From an uncultured Nitrososphaerales archaeon (GTDB lineage: Archaea > Thermoproteota > Nitrososphaeria > Nitrososphaerales > Nitrososphaeraceae): DNA of 64,000 bases. The translations under genes and the position numbers were made by a program. This document shows, piece after piece, positions 46,940 to 57,219 of the stretch. Below the pieces are notes generated by a model. The model was not told the origin of the DNA, ran no database searches, and saw only the letters and a list, made by a program, of their open reading frames with translations. Each line of letters begins with the position of its first letter. Positions within the stretch are counted from its first letter, which is position 1. The DNA is taken from NCBI GenBank assembly GCA_963709405.1, contig CAVPXM010000021.1:1-64000 (forward strand), written 5' to 3'.

Positions 46940-47287
46940 TTACAAATGCTTTTCGTTCCAATGCCTTACAAATGTGTTAGCATTCTTTTCTATCCCGGAA
47001 TATGAATGAATCATAAAGTAATTCATGAATCTCACACATAATTTGTTACATTCCCCACATGTATTCAAGTATGAAGAAGAGTAGCCATAGGCCTCGCCCA
47101 CTATGCATTTTGAGGAGTTTCTAATTTCAACGTACCATCTAAACCACTTAATCGACAGTGGAAACGGCAGATTTTTACTTTCTTGCAGCCGACAATGCCA
47201 TCTAGGAGATAATTCCCGTAGGGTTCTATTTCTATCCATAGCACGATGGAGGTCCAACAGAGCACAACGTTTCTGTTTTTCTAGCAT
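46940..47287 (-). CDS. Conserved Cys/His-containing hypothetical protein
   Basis: ELSPRW..KCIVGEAYGYSSSY..CGEC..HWNEKH. Confidence 0.65.
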   Translation of the reverse strand: MLEKQKRCALLDLHRAMDRNRTLRELSPRWHCRLQESKNLPFPLSIKWFRWYVEIRNSSKCIVGEAYGYSSSYLNTCGECNKLCVRFMNYFMIHSYSGIEKNANTFVRHWNEKHL

Positions 47288-47871
47288 TCTAGACTACCAC
47301 ATAGTAATATATACATCAAAATTTAAGAACATATCTGATATGTAGACGTTCGAAGTAATCTGATTATCGTACTATTCAAATGATGCACCTTTTTCGACTA
47401 TATGCGACGATCAGATGTAGCACAAATGCAAAAAATTCTGCACTCGCACTGCGCACTTCGCCACTCTGGGCTCAATAAGTTTTGTAGGGCGGAAGTTAGA
47501 AGGACTAGTTCATCAATGCTTGCTTATTACAGCATTGCTAAAATGAGCAGAGATGGACGTGCCCTTTACCGACATAATGATTATTTGATCAATCAATCTA
47601 AGTTTGATAATCCTTTGTAAGTGACTTTACATTTTTGAATGCAGATCCAGTAGACTGGTGGCTATCGTGTTTTTCACTCATTCATGTACCTTTGATTTTG
47701 TCACATTACCGACTCTCGATAACTAGTCGAAATCCATACTTTGTTATCACTTACTCCTAATCCACTCGGGTGACAAAGAGACGAACCTACGAAAGTAATA
47801 CTAAATATGCATATGGCCATTTATTGTTATTTTTAAAGCCTAATCAGCTGACCAGTAATTAAGTTAAAGAA

Positions 47872-48252
47872 CTACGAACCCATCATTCCTGGTATCTTAA
47901 TTGGAGTCCTATATGACCTAGTGATCTTCAATCCATGATCAGCAATGACAGTCACTGACTTTAAAGACGAACTAGATGGAGGGGAGAGCATTATTTTTTC
48001 TCCTGGAGATAGTGGGTTGATCTTCTCCGTGGAGTTATTGTCGTATATAACAGTAATGTTACTCAGAGGTAATCTTCCGGTATTTGTAAGCGTCACCCTT
48101 GCCGTATTAAAGAGGTTCTGATTATCTTTAATCGGATCTACATCTAGTGAAAAATTTTTGGTTGCTATTGAGAATACAGATATTAACAGCATCACTGAGA
48201 TAATGGCAATCGCTGCGCTTAAGCAGACATAAACGATCACCTTCATGTTCAT
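47872..48252 (-). CDS. Membrane-anchored Ig-like hypothetical protein
   Basis: N-terminal TM helix; VTLTNTG..LSPGE. Confidence 0.75.
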   Translation of the reverse strand: MNMKVIVYVCLSAAIAIISVMLLISVFSIATKNFSLDVDPIKDNQNLFNTARVTLTNTGRLPLSNITVIYDNNSTEKINPLSPGEKIMLSPPSSSSLKSVTVIADHGLKITRSYRTPIKIPGMMGS

Positions 48253-49116
48253 GTTAGTTCAATTGTGGTATACCAAAAAAGCATATTTAGGTTTAATTGT
48301 GAATTAGTGAATGGGGCATTTCATCATCATACGTTGATAAAGGACACTCAAGGTAAATTATGTATAAAATCAACGATACAGAATGAGATTCATCATATTT
48401 TTTATTGAATAGGATTCTATGGTTAGCCTCACTATGAATCCTATCTGGCTTAAGACTATGCTATATAGAGGTCCTTGAGGGATATACTCTAAGTTAGGTG
48501 ACGAAACACTGATCACTTGCTATTTGCAAGGCAATCCCTAGTCAAAATTCATGAGCAAAAGGGCTAAATAGAATGGAATCTGATACCTTTTTATTGAAGA
48601 TAACATAAACAAAGCAAGACAAATTAAGATACATGCTGAAGTTAAACCTATCACAATAAAGTTAGCTTGTAGGAAATGCAAACGTGACGGGGCGTTATTA
48701 TTTAAGACTAATGATTTGAATATTATTCCGAATTCAGTATTATGGATATGTTCGATCTGCAATGAACAAAATTTTGATGAATTAATTTTTTCGCCAGAGC
48801 GTTAGAACTTCATCCATCACCACGTTTACTGGCTAATGAATACTCGATAGGTCTATATATCGTAATTTGCATAAGGAATGAGGGATGAGGTAATATTCGC
48901 TGCTCCAATCCGAGTGAAAACTATGAGGACCTCGCGACGAACCGACCTTTTATGTAATTATTTAAATAATCGTGCGATTTTTGATGTGTTCATTGATTAT
49001 TTTTCAGAATATGTTGATTAGTTAATTCACTACTGTTCGATGGGTAAAGATTCATTTGAATTAGTATCCTGCTAAAAATGAGCATATTTTAATATACAAA
49101 GTCCGTCATTTAATGC

Positions 49117-49998
49117 ATGCAAATAATTTATGATTATCCACTGTACAGGCCTCCGTCTGAGGCAGATTCTGTGATATTTCAAGTTACACTGGGTTGTTCT
49201 TATAACAAGTGTTCTTTCTGCAATATGTATAGGACAAAGCGCTATGTGGAGAGATCTCTGGATGAATTGAAGCCAGAAATAGACCTCATTGCTAATGAGC
49301 AGCCAGGAGCCAGCCGTATTTTTTTGGCAGACGGAGACGCACTTAACCTTCAAACTAATACCTTGCAAGAAATCTTGGAATATTTATATACGAAATTCAA
49401 AAACCTTGAAAGAGTTTCATGCTATGCGATGCCCAAGAATTTATTACAGAAAAAAGATACTGAATTACAGTTGCTCAAGAATTCAGGCTTAACTATGCTC
49501 TATGTTGGTATCGAGAGTGGTAATGATTTTGTATTGAGGAAGGTAACAAAGGGCGCCACTCAAAGAGGCATAGTTCAAAGTTGTGAGAAAGCGAAGCAGC
49601 ATGGTTTTACTCTATCATGCATGATAATTTTGGGACTTGGCGGTAAGACATATTCTCATCAACATATAATCGATACAGCAAGAATTGTAAGTGAGATTTC
49701 TCCTGATTATTTGGCTGCTTTAGCTTTACATTTAGAAGATGGCATTTATGACGAATTCATGAATAAGTATTCGGAAAAATTTTACCCGTTAGACGATTTG
49801 AGTATTCTGGAAGAATTGGATTCTCTAATAAGAGAACTCACTCCGAAACATCCTATATTATTCCGAGCAAATCATGCATCTAACGTGTATTCCATTGGTG
49901 GCATTATTCCTCAAGATAGAGACAAGCTTTTAAGCTTAATCAATGACCTGAAATGTCATCCAGAAATGTTAAGGGATAAGAATTTGAGAAGATTTTGA
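49117..49998 (+). CDS. Radical SAM protein
   Basis: RPPSEA..GCSYNKCSFC (CxxxCxxC), FLADGDAL, GIESG, FRANHASN. Confidence 0.92.
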   Translation: MQIIYDYPLYRPPSEADSVIFQVTLGCSYNKCSFCNMYRTKRYVERSLDELKPEIDLIANEQPGASRIFLADGDALNLQTNTLQEILEYLYTKFKNLERVSCYAMPKNLLQKKDTELQLLKNSGLTMLYVGIESGNDFVLRKVTKGATQRGIVQSCEKAKQHGFTLSCMIILGLGGKTYSHQHIIDTARIVSEISPDYLAALALHLEDGIYDEFMNKYSEKFYPLDDLSILEELDSLIRELTPKHPILFRANHASNVYSIGGIIPQDRDKLLSLINDLKCHPEMLRDKNLRRF

Positions 49999-50284
49999 TT
50001 TTCCAAAAAATTGATATACCTCTTCCAAGTATACCTCCTAAATATTAGTACCGATAGCAATGTTTCGAATGTAACTTAAATATTGGCTTAATTTTCTTTA
50101 ATGATTATCGATAAATCGAGAATGGAGTAAGTAAACCCAGTGAATGCGCTCGATCACACTGAACGTGCGATAGAACTAAAGTAATTCGACCGACAATCAA
50201 CAAAGAATATCGCAAATTCACTGGTCTGATTAGATAACAGTGTAGAGAAAAAGAAATTTAGGCGAGAGATTCAGTTTTTATACA

Positions 50285-50569
50285 TTACCAATGGTGTTTC
50301 TCATCTGGAATTAACCCAATCTGTTCACGTTCAAAGTATCTTTCGAGTTCTTGAGTCCATTTTTCCTTTGCAGCACCACCACCAAGACCCTTTCTCCTTA
50401 ACCAAAATGCAATAACACTCAGCAAAAATACTGCGAACAGCATTACTCCGAAGATGTAGACCATTACATCATAGAATAGTGGGTCGTATGCAGGTCCAAT
50501 CTGCTTCATCAAGCTCTCGAATGCATAGCTTACCATTGTTACAATGCCTAGGATAGCGCTCATTATCAT
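50285..50569 (-). CDS. amoY: Probable AMO accessory subunit AmoY (small membrane protein)
   Basis: 94 aa with hydrophobic helices then WLRRKGLGGGAAKEKWTQELERYFEREQIG; same strand as and downstream of the amoZ-like gene; TATA-like box ~25 nt upstream; identity rests on recall and synteny. Confidence 0.62.
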   Translation of the reverse strand: MIMSAILGIVTMVSYAFESLMKQIGPAYDPLFYDVMVYIFGVMLFAVFLLSVIAFWLRRKGLGGGAAKEKWTQELERYFEREQIGLIPDEKHHW

Positions 50570-50616
50570 ATAGAGCAAATAAGGTCTTCGATATATACAT
50601 TTTGGTTGTTTCCAAT

Positions 50617-51354
50617 GCTGGATTAAATTAAGGCTCCTCTCCACCTCTTATCAAGAACTTGATAATGTTTATTTTAGATTGTGATTTTGATAAATTATAT
50701 AAGAATATGAACAATATCTGCCATTGGTAAACATGAATTAGATTACAATCAACTAATTTCTTCCTAAACGGATAATAGTCATCAAAACCTCCGGTTCTAC
50801 CCTTACCTATTCCATACCCCTTCTCAATAATCCTTTTTTCAAATGGAGAATGGAATATATGCTTTAGTCTTAAGCACTTGCAAGCTTCACGATACCCGTC
50901 ACACGCCATCTGAATATGCACTATGTTTACCATAAAGCTTAATCAACGATTTCAGAAATGATTCAGCAACTAGTATATTCCTGTGCCTTGAAACATAAAC
51001 TCCAAGAATTATGTGTCGAATTGGTTCTATTGCAACCCAAAGCCATGCATGAGTATAGACGTTCTGAACCATTGCTTCGTCTATGATAGATATGCAGTTA
51101 TCCTACTACTCTTCTTTTTATCTAGAAAAACAACCTTTGGATTGAATTACTGTATCCAATACCATATTGCGACATAGCTTATGTCTACGAATGGTTCCAA
51201 TGCCCTTGAAGTATCTCTCAGACTTAAGCCAAGAAAATACAAATACAATGCATATCGGATAAGAAATGGTCTAGTTCTAATACGTTCAAACATTATCATA
51301 TTATTCTTAATCTGATCAAGCTTTAGCAATTACCATTCTTAACTTAACAGCAGC
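50617..51354 (-). mobile_element. IS6-family element remnant between amoZ and amoY
   Basis: IRYALYLYFLGLSLRDTSRAL..WYWIQ..LWVAIEP..YREACKCLRLKH..FDDYYP; ends gctggattaaattaag / cttaacttaacagcagc. Confidence 0.85.
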
Positions 51355-51585
51355 GTTTTCAATCACGAACCGGCTTGTTTGCAATCCGAATTATTATTCA
51401 AGGCCTTCTTAGTGGCATTTAGGGCCAGCTTAACAACTCCGCCGGAGTACCGAGACGCATTTCAATTATTATAACAGATCGAGTTAGCTGACCAAACAAT
51501 CTATCCTGTACACTCAACATTGATTTAATTATAAAATAGGGGTTATATATTAAAAATTATAAAACATAAAAAAAGATTATTTACG

Positions 51586-51898
51586 TCACCTCGTCACTTC
51601 TCTTTTTTTGCTCCTGCCCATAATAAAGAATGCCCCAGCAACCCCGCCAAATATCACCGCGAGAATGATGATGAATAATACAGTTTCGTTGATGTTAGTT
51701 CCAAGCATAGGTGTCCCTGATCCATAAGCTCCAGCAGATTTGGCGTTGCTTATTTTTTCCCGTGCTAATTTTAACTGTTCCTCGATATTACCTCCAGTTC
51801 CGAATACTGAGCTTTAGCTATCTCAATCGATGGTAAAGCAAACACAGAAATCGCCAGTGCTCCGCGACTGCAACAGCCACTATAGTATGCTTGTTCAT
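51586..51898 (-). CDS. amoZ: Probable AMO accessory subunit AmoZ; two 1-nt deletions; absent from the ORF track
   Basis: Reconstruction (104 aa): MNKHTIVAVAVAGALAISVFALPSIEIAKAQYSGTGGNIEEQLKLAREKISNAKSAGAYGSGTPMLGTNINETVLFIIILAVIFGGVAGAFFIMGRSKKREVTR; signal peptide, helix and C-terminal TM; divergent from rps15. Confidence 0.7.
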
Positions 51899-51998
51899 AC
51901 AATATATTACGACATGATTCAATTATTTAACTTTTGTGCACACGGAAAACAGACAAATTTGAGTAACATTTAAGAGATACGTCCAGCCCTGAACAATC

Positions 51999-52448
51999 AT
52001 GGCGAGAATGCATGCACATACTCGTGGTAAGTCTCATAGTGTTCGCCCAGTTTCTATCAATATACCTAATTGGCTAACGCAAGATTATGCTCAGGTATCG
52101 TCTCTAATTCTTCAATTATCAAGAGAAGGGCTAACGCCAAGTGAAATTGGCGTTTGCCTGCGCGATCAACATGCCATACCCTTGGCAAAACCAATCGTAG
52201 GCAAGTCTATTACTAATGTGCTGAGTGAGAGCGGAATAACACGGGATATGCCCGAAGATTTAGATCAGTTGGTGAAGAAAGCCTTGGGACTTCAAAGACA
52301 CCTGAGGTCTCATAATACCGATCATAGAAATGTTCGCTCATTGGAATTGATTGAGTCAAAAATACATCGTCTTTCTAGATACTATAAGGAAAAAGGAAAG
52401 CTTCAAAAAAATTGGAAGTATGCGACTGTTATAGCACAGCTAGAATAA
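51999..52448 (+). CDS. rps15: 30S ribosomal protein uS15
   Basis: MARMHAHTRGKSHSVRP..LRDQHAIP..ESKIHRLSRYY. Confidence 0.97.
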   Translation: MARMHAHTRGKSHSVRPVSINIPNWLTQDYAQVSSLILQLSREGLTPSEIGVCLRDQHAIPLAKPIVGKSITNVLSESGITRDMPEDLDQLVKKALGLQRHLRSHNTDHRNVRSLELIESKIHRLSRYYKEKGKLQKNWKYATVIAQLE

Positions 52449-52457
52449 AATGTTGGT

Positions 52458-53882
52458 ATGGGTAGCAGGGAACTATATGATACTTTAGGACGATTTAGCG
52501 AAAGAATTAGACTTGCAGTTGAGAATGAGAAAAGTATAGCTATAATTACCTCTCTGAATTCGGATGGATTGTGTTCAGGTGGCATAGCTACGATATCCTT
52601 GCTTAGACTAGGAGGAAAGTGCTCTGTTCGTACTGTTGTAGATCTGACTGCTGATGTTCTGTCTGATCTAAAGTCCTCTGGATATGATCTATTCATACTC
52701 ATCGACCTTGGCATCAATATGGTCAGTAAACTTGATTCACTTGGCGTTAAGTGGCTCCTTATTAATCATCAAATTATGGGATATCAGCTAGAGGAAAAAT
52801 CGTATGATCATGTTATTAATTTAGATAGGTGCGGCATAGATGGCAATAAGGAAATTTCTTCCGGAGGACTGGCATATCTTCTTGCTATGGAATTAAATAA
52901 CAAGAATAAAGATCTCTCGACTCTCGCTGTTGTATCTGCCTTGGCAGAAAAGCAAGATATAGGTGAAAAAAGATCGTTTGTAGGAATCAATTCTGAAATA
53001 GTTAATTCGGCTCAATCAATTGGAGCGCTCAGCGTTAAGTCTGGCTTAATGATTACTGGGGAGACAAGTCCAATTCATGAAGCGATTGCCTGCAACTTGG
53101 CTCCATGTATAGATGGTTTAACTTGGAATTATGAAAATTCATATTCGTTGGTAAAAAACTCTGGGCTTCGAATGAAGAATAAGAATGGACAGTGGCGCAT
53201 ACTCGCGGAACTCGACCATGAAGAAAGAGGGATACTTACGGAGAATATTATAAAATTCATAGTTACCAGTACTACTTCCGGACTACCAGTAGCTGACGAT
53301 CTTACTGGTTACATTTATACTCTGAGAGAAGATCCGGAAACCTCTATTCGAGATGCGAGACAATTTGTGGAATTACTAAATGCATGTGCAAGTGCAAACA
53401 AGGGTGGAGTCGGCTTGGGGATTTGTATGGGCGACAGAAGAATTAGCTTGGATGAAGGAGAAATGATATTTTTAGGTTATAAATCTGCTTTAAAGGAGAA
53501 TTTGTCCAGAATTTTTTCAGAGAGATGGCGCTTGAACGACTATGGAAATTGCGTAATTGTTTCTGGAGAGGGAGCTGTACATGAGACCATGATTGATTCA
53601 GTTTGTTCATTTCTGATGGAGTGTTTAACATTCAATGGTAAGCTCCTTTTGGTAAGAACGATAACCAAAGACAATACACATTATAAATTTTCTGTGATGA
53701 AGGGATTTAAATGTAAATTTCCATCTATTATTGGAGATCTGGTGAAAAATTGTTCTGAAGCGGTAGGAGGAGTCGCATGGGGCAGACCGAACTCAGCTAT
53801 ATGCGAGATTCCCATAATGAGATTAGAGGAATTCATGACATCCATTAGAAAACGGATTGGAGATACAAAATTTGAAGAGTAA
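52458..53882 (+). CDS. RecJ-like DHH-fold protein with degenerate catalytic motifs
   Basis: Lies after rps15; TSLNSDG, IDLG, INHQ, GIDGNKEISSGG, ELLNAC. Confidence 0.78.
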   Translation: MGSRELYDTLGRFSERIRLAVENEKSIAIITSLNSDGLCSGGIATISLLRLGGKCSVRTVVDLTADVLSDLKSSGYDLFILIDLGINMVSKLDSLGVKWLLINHQIMGYQLEEKSYDHVINLDRCGIDGNKEISSGGLAYLLAMELNNKNKDLSTLAVVSALAEKQDIGEKRSFVGINSEIVNSAQSIGALSVKSGLMITGETSPIHEAIACNLAPCIDGLTWNYENSYSLVKNSGLRMKNKNGQWRILAELDHEERGILTENIIKFIVTSTTSGLPVADDLTGYIYTLREDPETSIRDARQFVELLNACASANKGGVGLGICMGDRRISLDEGEMIFLGYKSALKENLSRIFSERWRLNDYGNCVIVSGEGAVHETMIDSVCSFLMECLTFNGKLLLVRTITKDNTHYKFSVMKGFKCKFPSIIGDLVKNCSEAVGGVAWGRPNSAICEIPIMRLEEFMTSIRKRIGDTKFEE

Positions 53883-54126
53883 AGTCGAAATTCGGATTCG
53901 TCTACAGATAAAATTCAAAATAGCATCAGAGTTATGTGCTGTAATGAATTCGCTAATGCCAGACAATATCGACTGTCCGGATGGATTGTCCGTAGAAATG
54001 TATGGGAAGTCTAACTGCCTCGTATTCGACATATCATGCAAAAGAGAAATTTGTGTCATAATAAACACTGTCGACGAAATTCTGAGTCATATCACAATGG
54101 CGAGACACGTGATCTCCAATGCTTGA
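53857..54126 (+). CDS. pcc1: KEOPS complex subunit Pcc1
   Basis: SLMPDN..PDGL..NTVDEILSHI; conserved rps15-DHH-pcc1 context. Confidence 0.72.
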   Translation: MEIQNLKSKVEIRIRLQIKFKIASELCAVMNSLMPDNIDCPDGLSVEMYGKSNCLVFDISCKREICVIINTVDEILSHITMARHVISNA

Positions 54127-55387
54127 CACAAAACTACTAAGGAATCCGAATTTAATAAAAGACCTAATCGGTAAGAGAAATCTAGAATTTCCATTGCAGG
54201 AATTGCTGCTATTGGACTCACGGAGGAGAGAGCTGAACCTTAGAGTAGATGAAATTAGACATAAGAAAAATATTCTAATCAACCAGATTTCGATGAAAAA
54301 GAAGGGGGATAGAGATACTTTAGAAGAAATAAAACTGATGAAAGAAACTAGTAACAATCTATCTAATCTCGAAGCTGAAAAATCAGAACTTGACACAAAA
54401 TTTAAGCGATTAATGATGCTCCTACCTAATTTGATATTAGATTCCGTCCCTATAGGGAAGAATGAATCAGATAATGTAATGGTAAGATCTCATGGAACAA
54501 TTAGGAAGCTAAATTTTCAAGGTAAAGACCATGTCGATTTAAGTACTACTCTTGATCTGGTCGATTTCGAAAGAGCGGCCAAAGTTGCCGGCGCTAGATT
54601 TTACTTTCTGAAGAACGATTTGGTCCTGTTGAATCAGGCGTTAATACGGATGGCATTAGATTTCTTGTCGGACAAATCTTACACTCTTTTGCAGCCTCCC
54701 TACATGATTCGAAAGGAAGCTATGGAAGGCGCGGTAATGCTTGGAGATTTCGAACAAGTCATTTACAAAATTGAGAATGAGGATCTTTACATGATAGGAA
54801 CGTCGGAACACGCCATTGCTTCAATGCATATGAATGAGATCCTTGATGGTAGTAAACTTCCGATACGATACGGGGCAATTAGTCCTTGCTTCAGAAAGGA
54901 AGCCGGAGCCCATGGAAAGGATATGAAAGGCATATTTAGGGTTCATCAATTTGAAAAGGTTGAGCAATTTGTCTACTCACGCCCCGAAGAGTCTGAAAAG
55001 CAGCACGACATCATGTTGGCAATCAGCGAAGCGTTCTACGAACAATTGGGAATTCCAACACGTACAATGTTACTGTGTTCAGGTGATTTGGGAAAGACGT
55101 CTGCGAAAACATTTGACGTCGAAGCATGGATGCCTGGTCAAAATGCCTATCGTGAAATAGTCTCATGTTCTAATTGTATAGATTATCAAGCTAGAGGGCT
55201 GCATATACGATTCAGAGATAGGCCAAATGATGAGACGAAGCTGGTCCACACATTAAATAGCACGCTAGTTGCTACGGAGCGATGCATGGTAGCAATAATT
55301 GAGAACTATCAAACAGATAGGGGCACAATTGAAGTTCCAGACGCCCTTAGAAAATATATGAACGATCTTAAAGAAATTGAGTTATAA
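54119..55387 (+). CDS. serS: Serine--tRNA ligase
   Basis: IGTSE, FRKEAG, FRVHQFEKVE, EIVSCSNC, HTLNST. Confidence 0.97.
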   Translation: MLDTKLLRNPNLIKDLIGKRNLEFPLQELLLLDSRRRELNLRVDEIRHKKNILINQISMKKKGDRDTLEEIKLMKETSNNLSNLEAEKSELDTKFKRLMMLLPNLILDSVPIGKNESDNVMVRSHGTIRKLNFQGKDHVDLSTTLDLVDFERAAKVAGARFYFLKNDLVLLNQALIRMALDFLSDKSYTLLQPPYMIRKEAMEGAVMLGDFEQVIYKIENEDLYMIGTSEHAIASMHMNEILDGSKLPIRYGAISPCFRKEAGAHGKDMKGIFRVHQFEKVEQFVYSRPEESEKQHDIMLAISEAFYEQLGIPTRTMLLCSGDLGKTSAKTFDVEAWMPGQNAYREIVSCSNCIDYQARGLHIRFRDRPNDETKLVHTLNSTLVATERCMVAIIENYQTDRGTIEVPDALRKYMNDLKEIEL

Positions 55388-55509
55388 TAACCAGAACGAA
55401 ACTAGCCGATGCCATCATGATGAATTATGTTCCAGCAGCCTTGAATTGACGTCTGCGTAAAATACCATTGACAAGAAAGCGAAAATAAAAGATAGGAAAA
55501 ATAAAGTTG

Positions 55510-56067
55510 TTAGATGACTTGCCAGGGTCGAGTAGCGAAGGTTACACCTAATCCAGCGCCGATAAGAATTACTTGGTAGGCCACATTGCCCCATGGAACA
55601 GGCTTAAGTATTGCAGGGCCAGTTACTTGAACTGTTTGACCCGGACCGAGGCCTGGCCCAATGTGTTCAATATTCAGTTGAGTGTGAACGTGGTATGTGC
55701 CAGGTTCCAATGCCTTTACTGTTATTGAGTACGGAACGTTTGCTCCCGCGGGAATATCAAATATGTTGCCTGGAGGATCTCTAGACATAAATTCCCATCT
55801 ATTCCCTGCATTTGTCGACTCACTAAATAGGGACAACCATGCTCTGAGAGGCCGATTAACTAGACTCTGAAGCGTACCAGTGACAGTTAGTGTATCACCT
55901 GTATGCAAGGTTTGAGCTGAAAAGGATTCATCAGCTATCCTAACAAATCTACTCTGTAACTGAGCCTGTACTCCGTGTGCATGCGCTGTTGGCAAGTATG
56001 CCAATAGCGTAGACAAAACTGTCGCCGCAACGAGAGACGTCACTATATACGTCTTGCACTTGATCAT
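55510..56067 (-). CDS. amoB: Ammonia monooxygenase subunit B
   Basis: Signal peptide ending AHA then HGVQAQLQSRF, SESTNAGNRWE, YHVHTQLN, C-terminal TM ..FATRPWQVI; ATG at 56067 (GTG alternative at 56097). Confidence 0.96.
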   Translation of the reverse strand: MIKCKTYIVTSLVAATVLSTLLAYLPTAHAHGVQAQLQSRFVRIADESFSAQTLHTGDTLTVTGTLQSLVNRPLRAWLSLFSESTNAGNRWEFMSRDPPGNIFDIPAGANVPYSITVKALEPGTYHVHTQLNIEHIGPGLGPGQTVQVTGPAILKPVPWGNVAYQVILIGAGLGVTFATRPWQVI

Positions 56068-56737
56068 GCCTTTGTATCTAGCGGTACCAGTAGACACAAA
56101 GATATATATTTTGCTGTGATGCCCTGGCGTTTATCAACTTGACTTAGGGCGCAAACCTCGCATCGTGGTAAATAAATGTAGCTTTCGGATCGAGTTATGC
56201 AAATATTTCTCATATAATCGTAGCTTTTTTCATGCTTACTTTTCAGCAGTCTAAAGCTTTCTGTTCATTTGGGTAAACAAAATCAAAGTCATATAGGTTT
56301 GTGCAGGTTTACTAGAGCAAGACAAATCGATTTGAGAACAGATCTCTAACTAATCCGAGAAGGTAAGATATTGTCTAAATATAGGCCGAAATATTACAAT
56401 CTTGTAATTAGAAGGTCTGTAAAAATTTTTCAAAATTCTAGGTTCGAGGCTATGAGATTTCATTTTACGTTAGATGGAATTGATATGAGGGATGTTCGCA
56501 CTCCATCGATTTCTAATACCAAACGATGCGAGTTCGAACTAAAAAGTTGACAATAACTATATCATTCAAATATGATATCAGGGGTAAATGTGATACAAGA
56601 ATATCGAACATACAATGCTAGTTACTGTGTATACGGACACAACGAGTTTAGTAGCTATAAAATACATATGTTAGTTCTGATGAAACCGCAATAGCAATAG
56701 CAAAATTTAAAAAGGTATTGTCTTAATAATACATCAA

Positions 56738-57031
56738 ATGACATTACCGAAGGGATGGGGCACAGGTGGAAGGAGAGGCGAAAGCAGAGACGATGTTGAA
56801 AAGATGATAGGACGCAGAGTCGAGAATATGGCTCCCATATTCATCCTAGGATTTGTGCTGTGTTGGGTTGCTACTGCTGGAGGTGTATATGTGGGTGTTA
56901 CAATATATCCATGGGCATATCCGTTGCCTAGCGGCGTGTATGCGTTGTCTGTTTTGACTGTCATCGAAGGATTGGGATTCCTCTTCATAATGAAGATTAG
57001 TCGCGAGAAGCTTGGTTATGCATCATACTAG
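56738..57031 (+). CDS. amoX: Ammonia monooxygenase subunit X
   Basis: MTLPKGWG..KMIGRRVENM..YPWAYPLPSGVYALSVLTVIE; immediately upstream of amoA. Confidence 0.9.
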   Translation: MTLPKGWGTGGRRGESRDDVEKMIGRRVENMAPIFILGFVLCWVATAGGVYVGVTIYPWAYPLPSGVYALSVLTVIEGLGFLFIMKISREKLGYASY

Positions 57032-57182
57032 GATATAAGATTCCTTATTTGATGGGTTGTGCAATTACCATATTTTCTATGAGATTTCTCACTTCTTTTT
57101 TCTAATTTTTACCGCTTTCTGGAACGTTATTTATGCAAGAGCCGATTTATCACTTATTAAATAACATGCAATTAGACTGTTC

Positions 57183-57197
57183 ATAAATTTTATATAT
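57183..57197 (+). promoter_or_regulatory. BRE/TATA promoter of amoA (likely leaderless transcript)
   Basis: cataaa-ttttatata about 25 nt upstream of ATG 57220. Confidence 0.55.
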
Positions 57198-57219
57198 TAC
57201 CTATCTTAGTACGTTACTA

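Noticed and set aside
48409-48444. 9-bp inverted repeat ataggattc-N18-gaatcctat
   Set aside because: Single occurrence with no associated gene or element; could arise by chance in 64 kb of AT-rich DNA
50570-50644. N-terminal extension of the amoY-like ORF in the track
   Set aside because: It starts inside the IS6 end and runs through the TATA-like box; ATG 50569 is the better start
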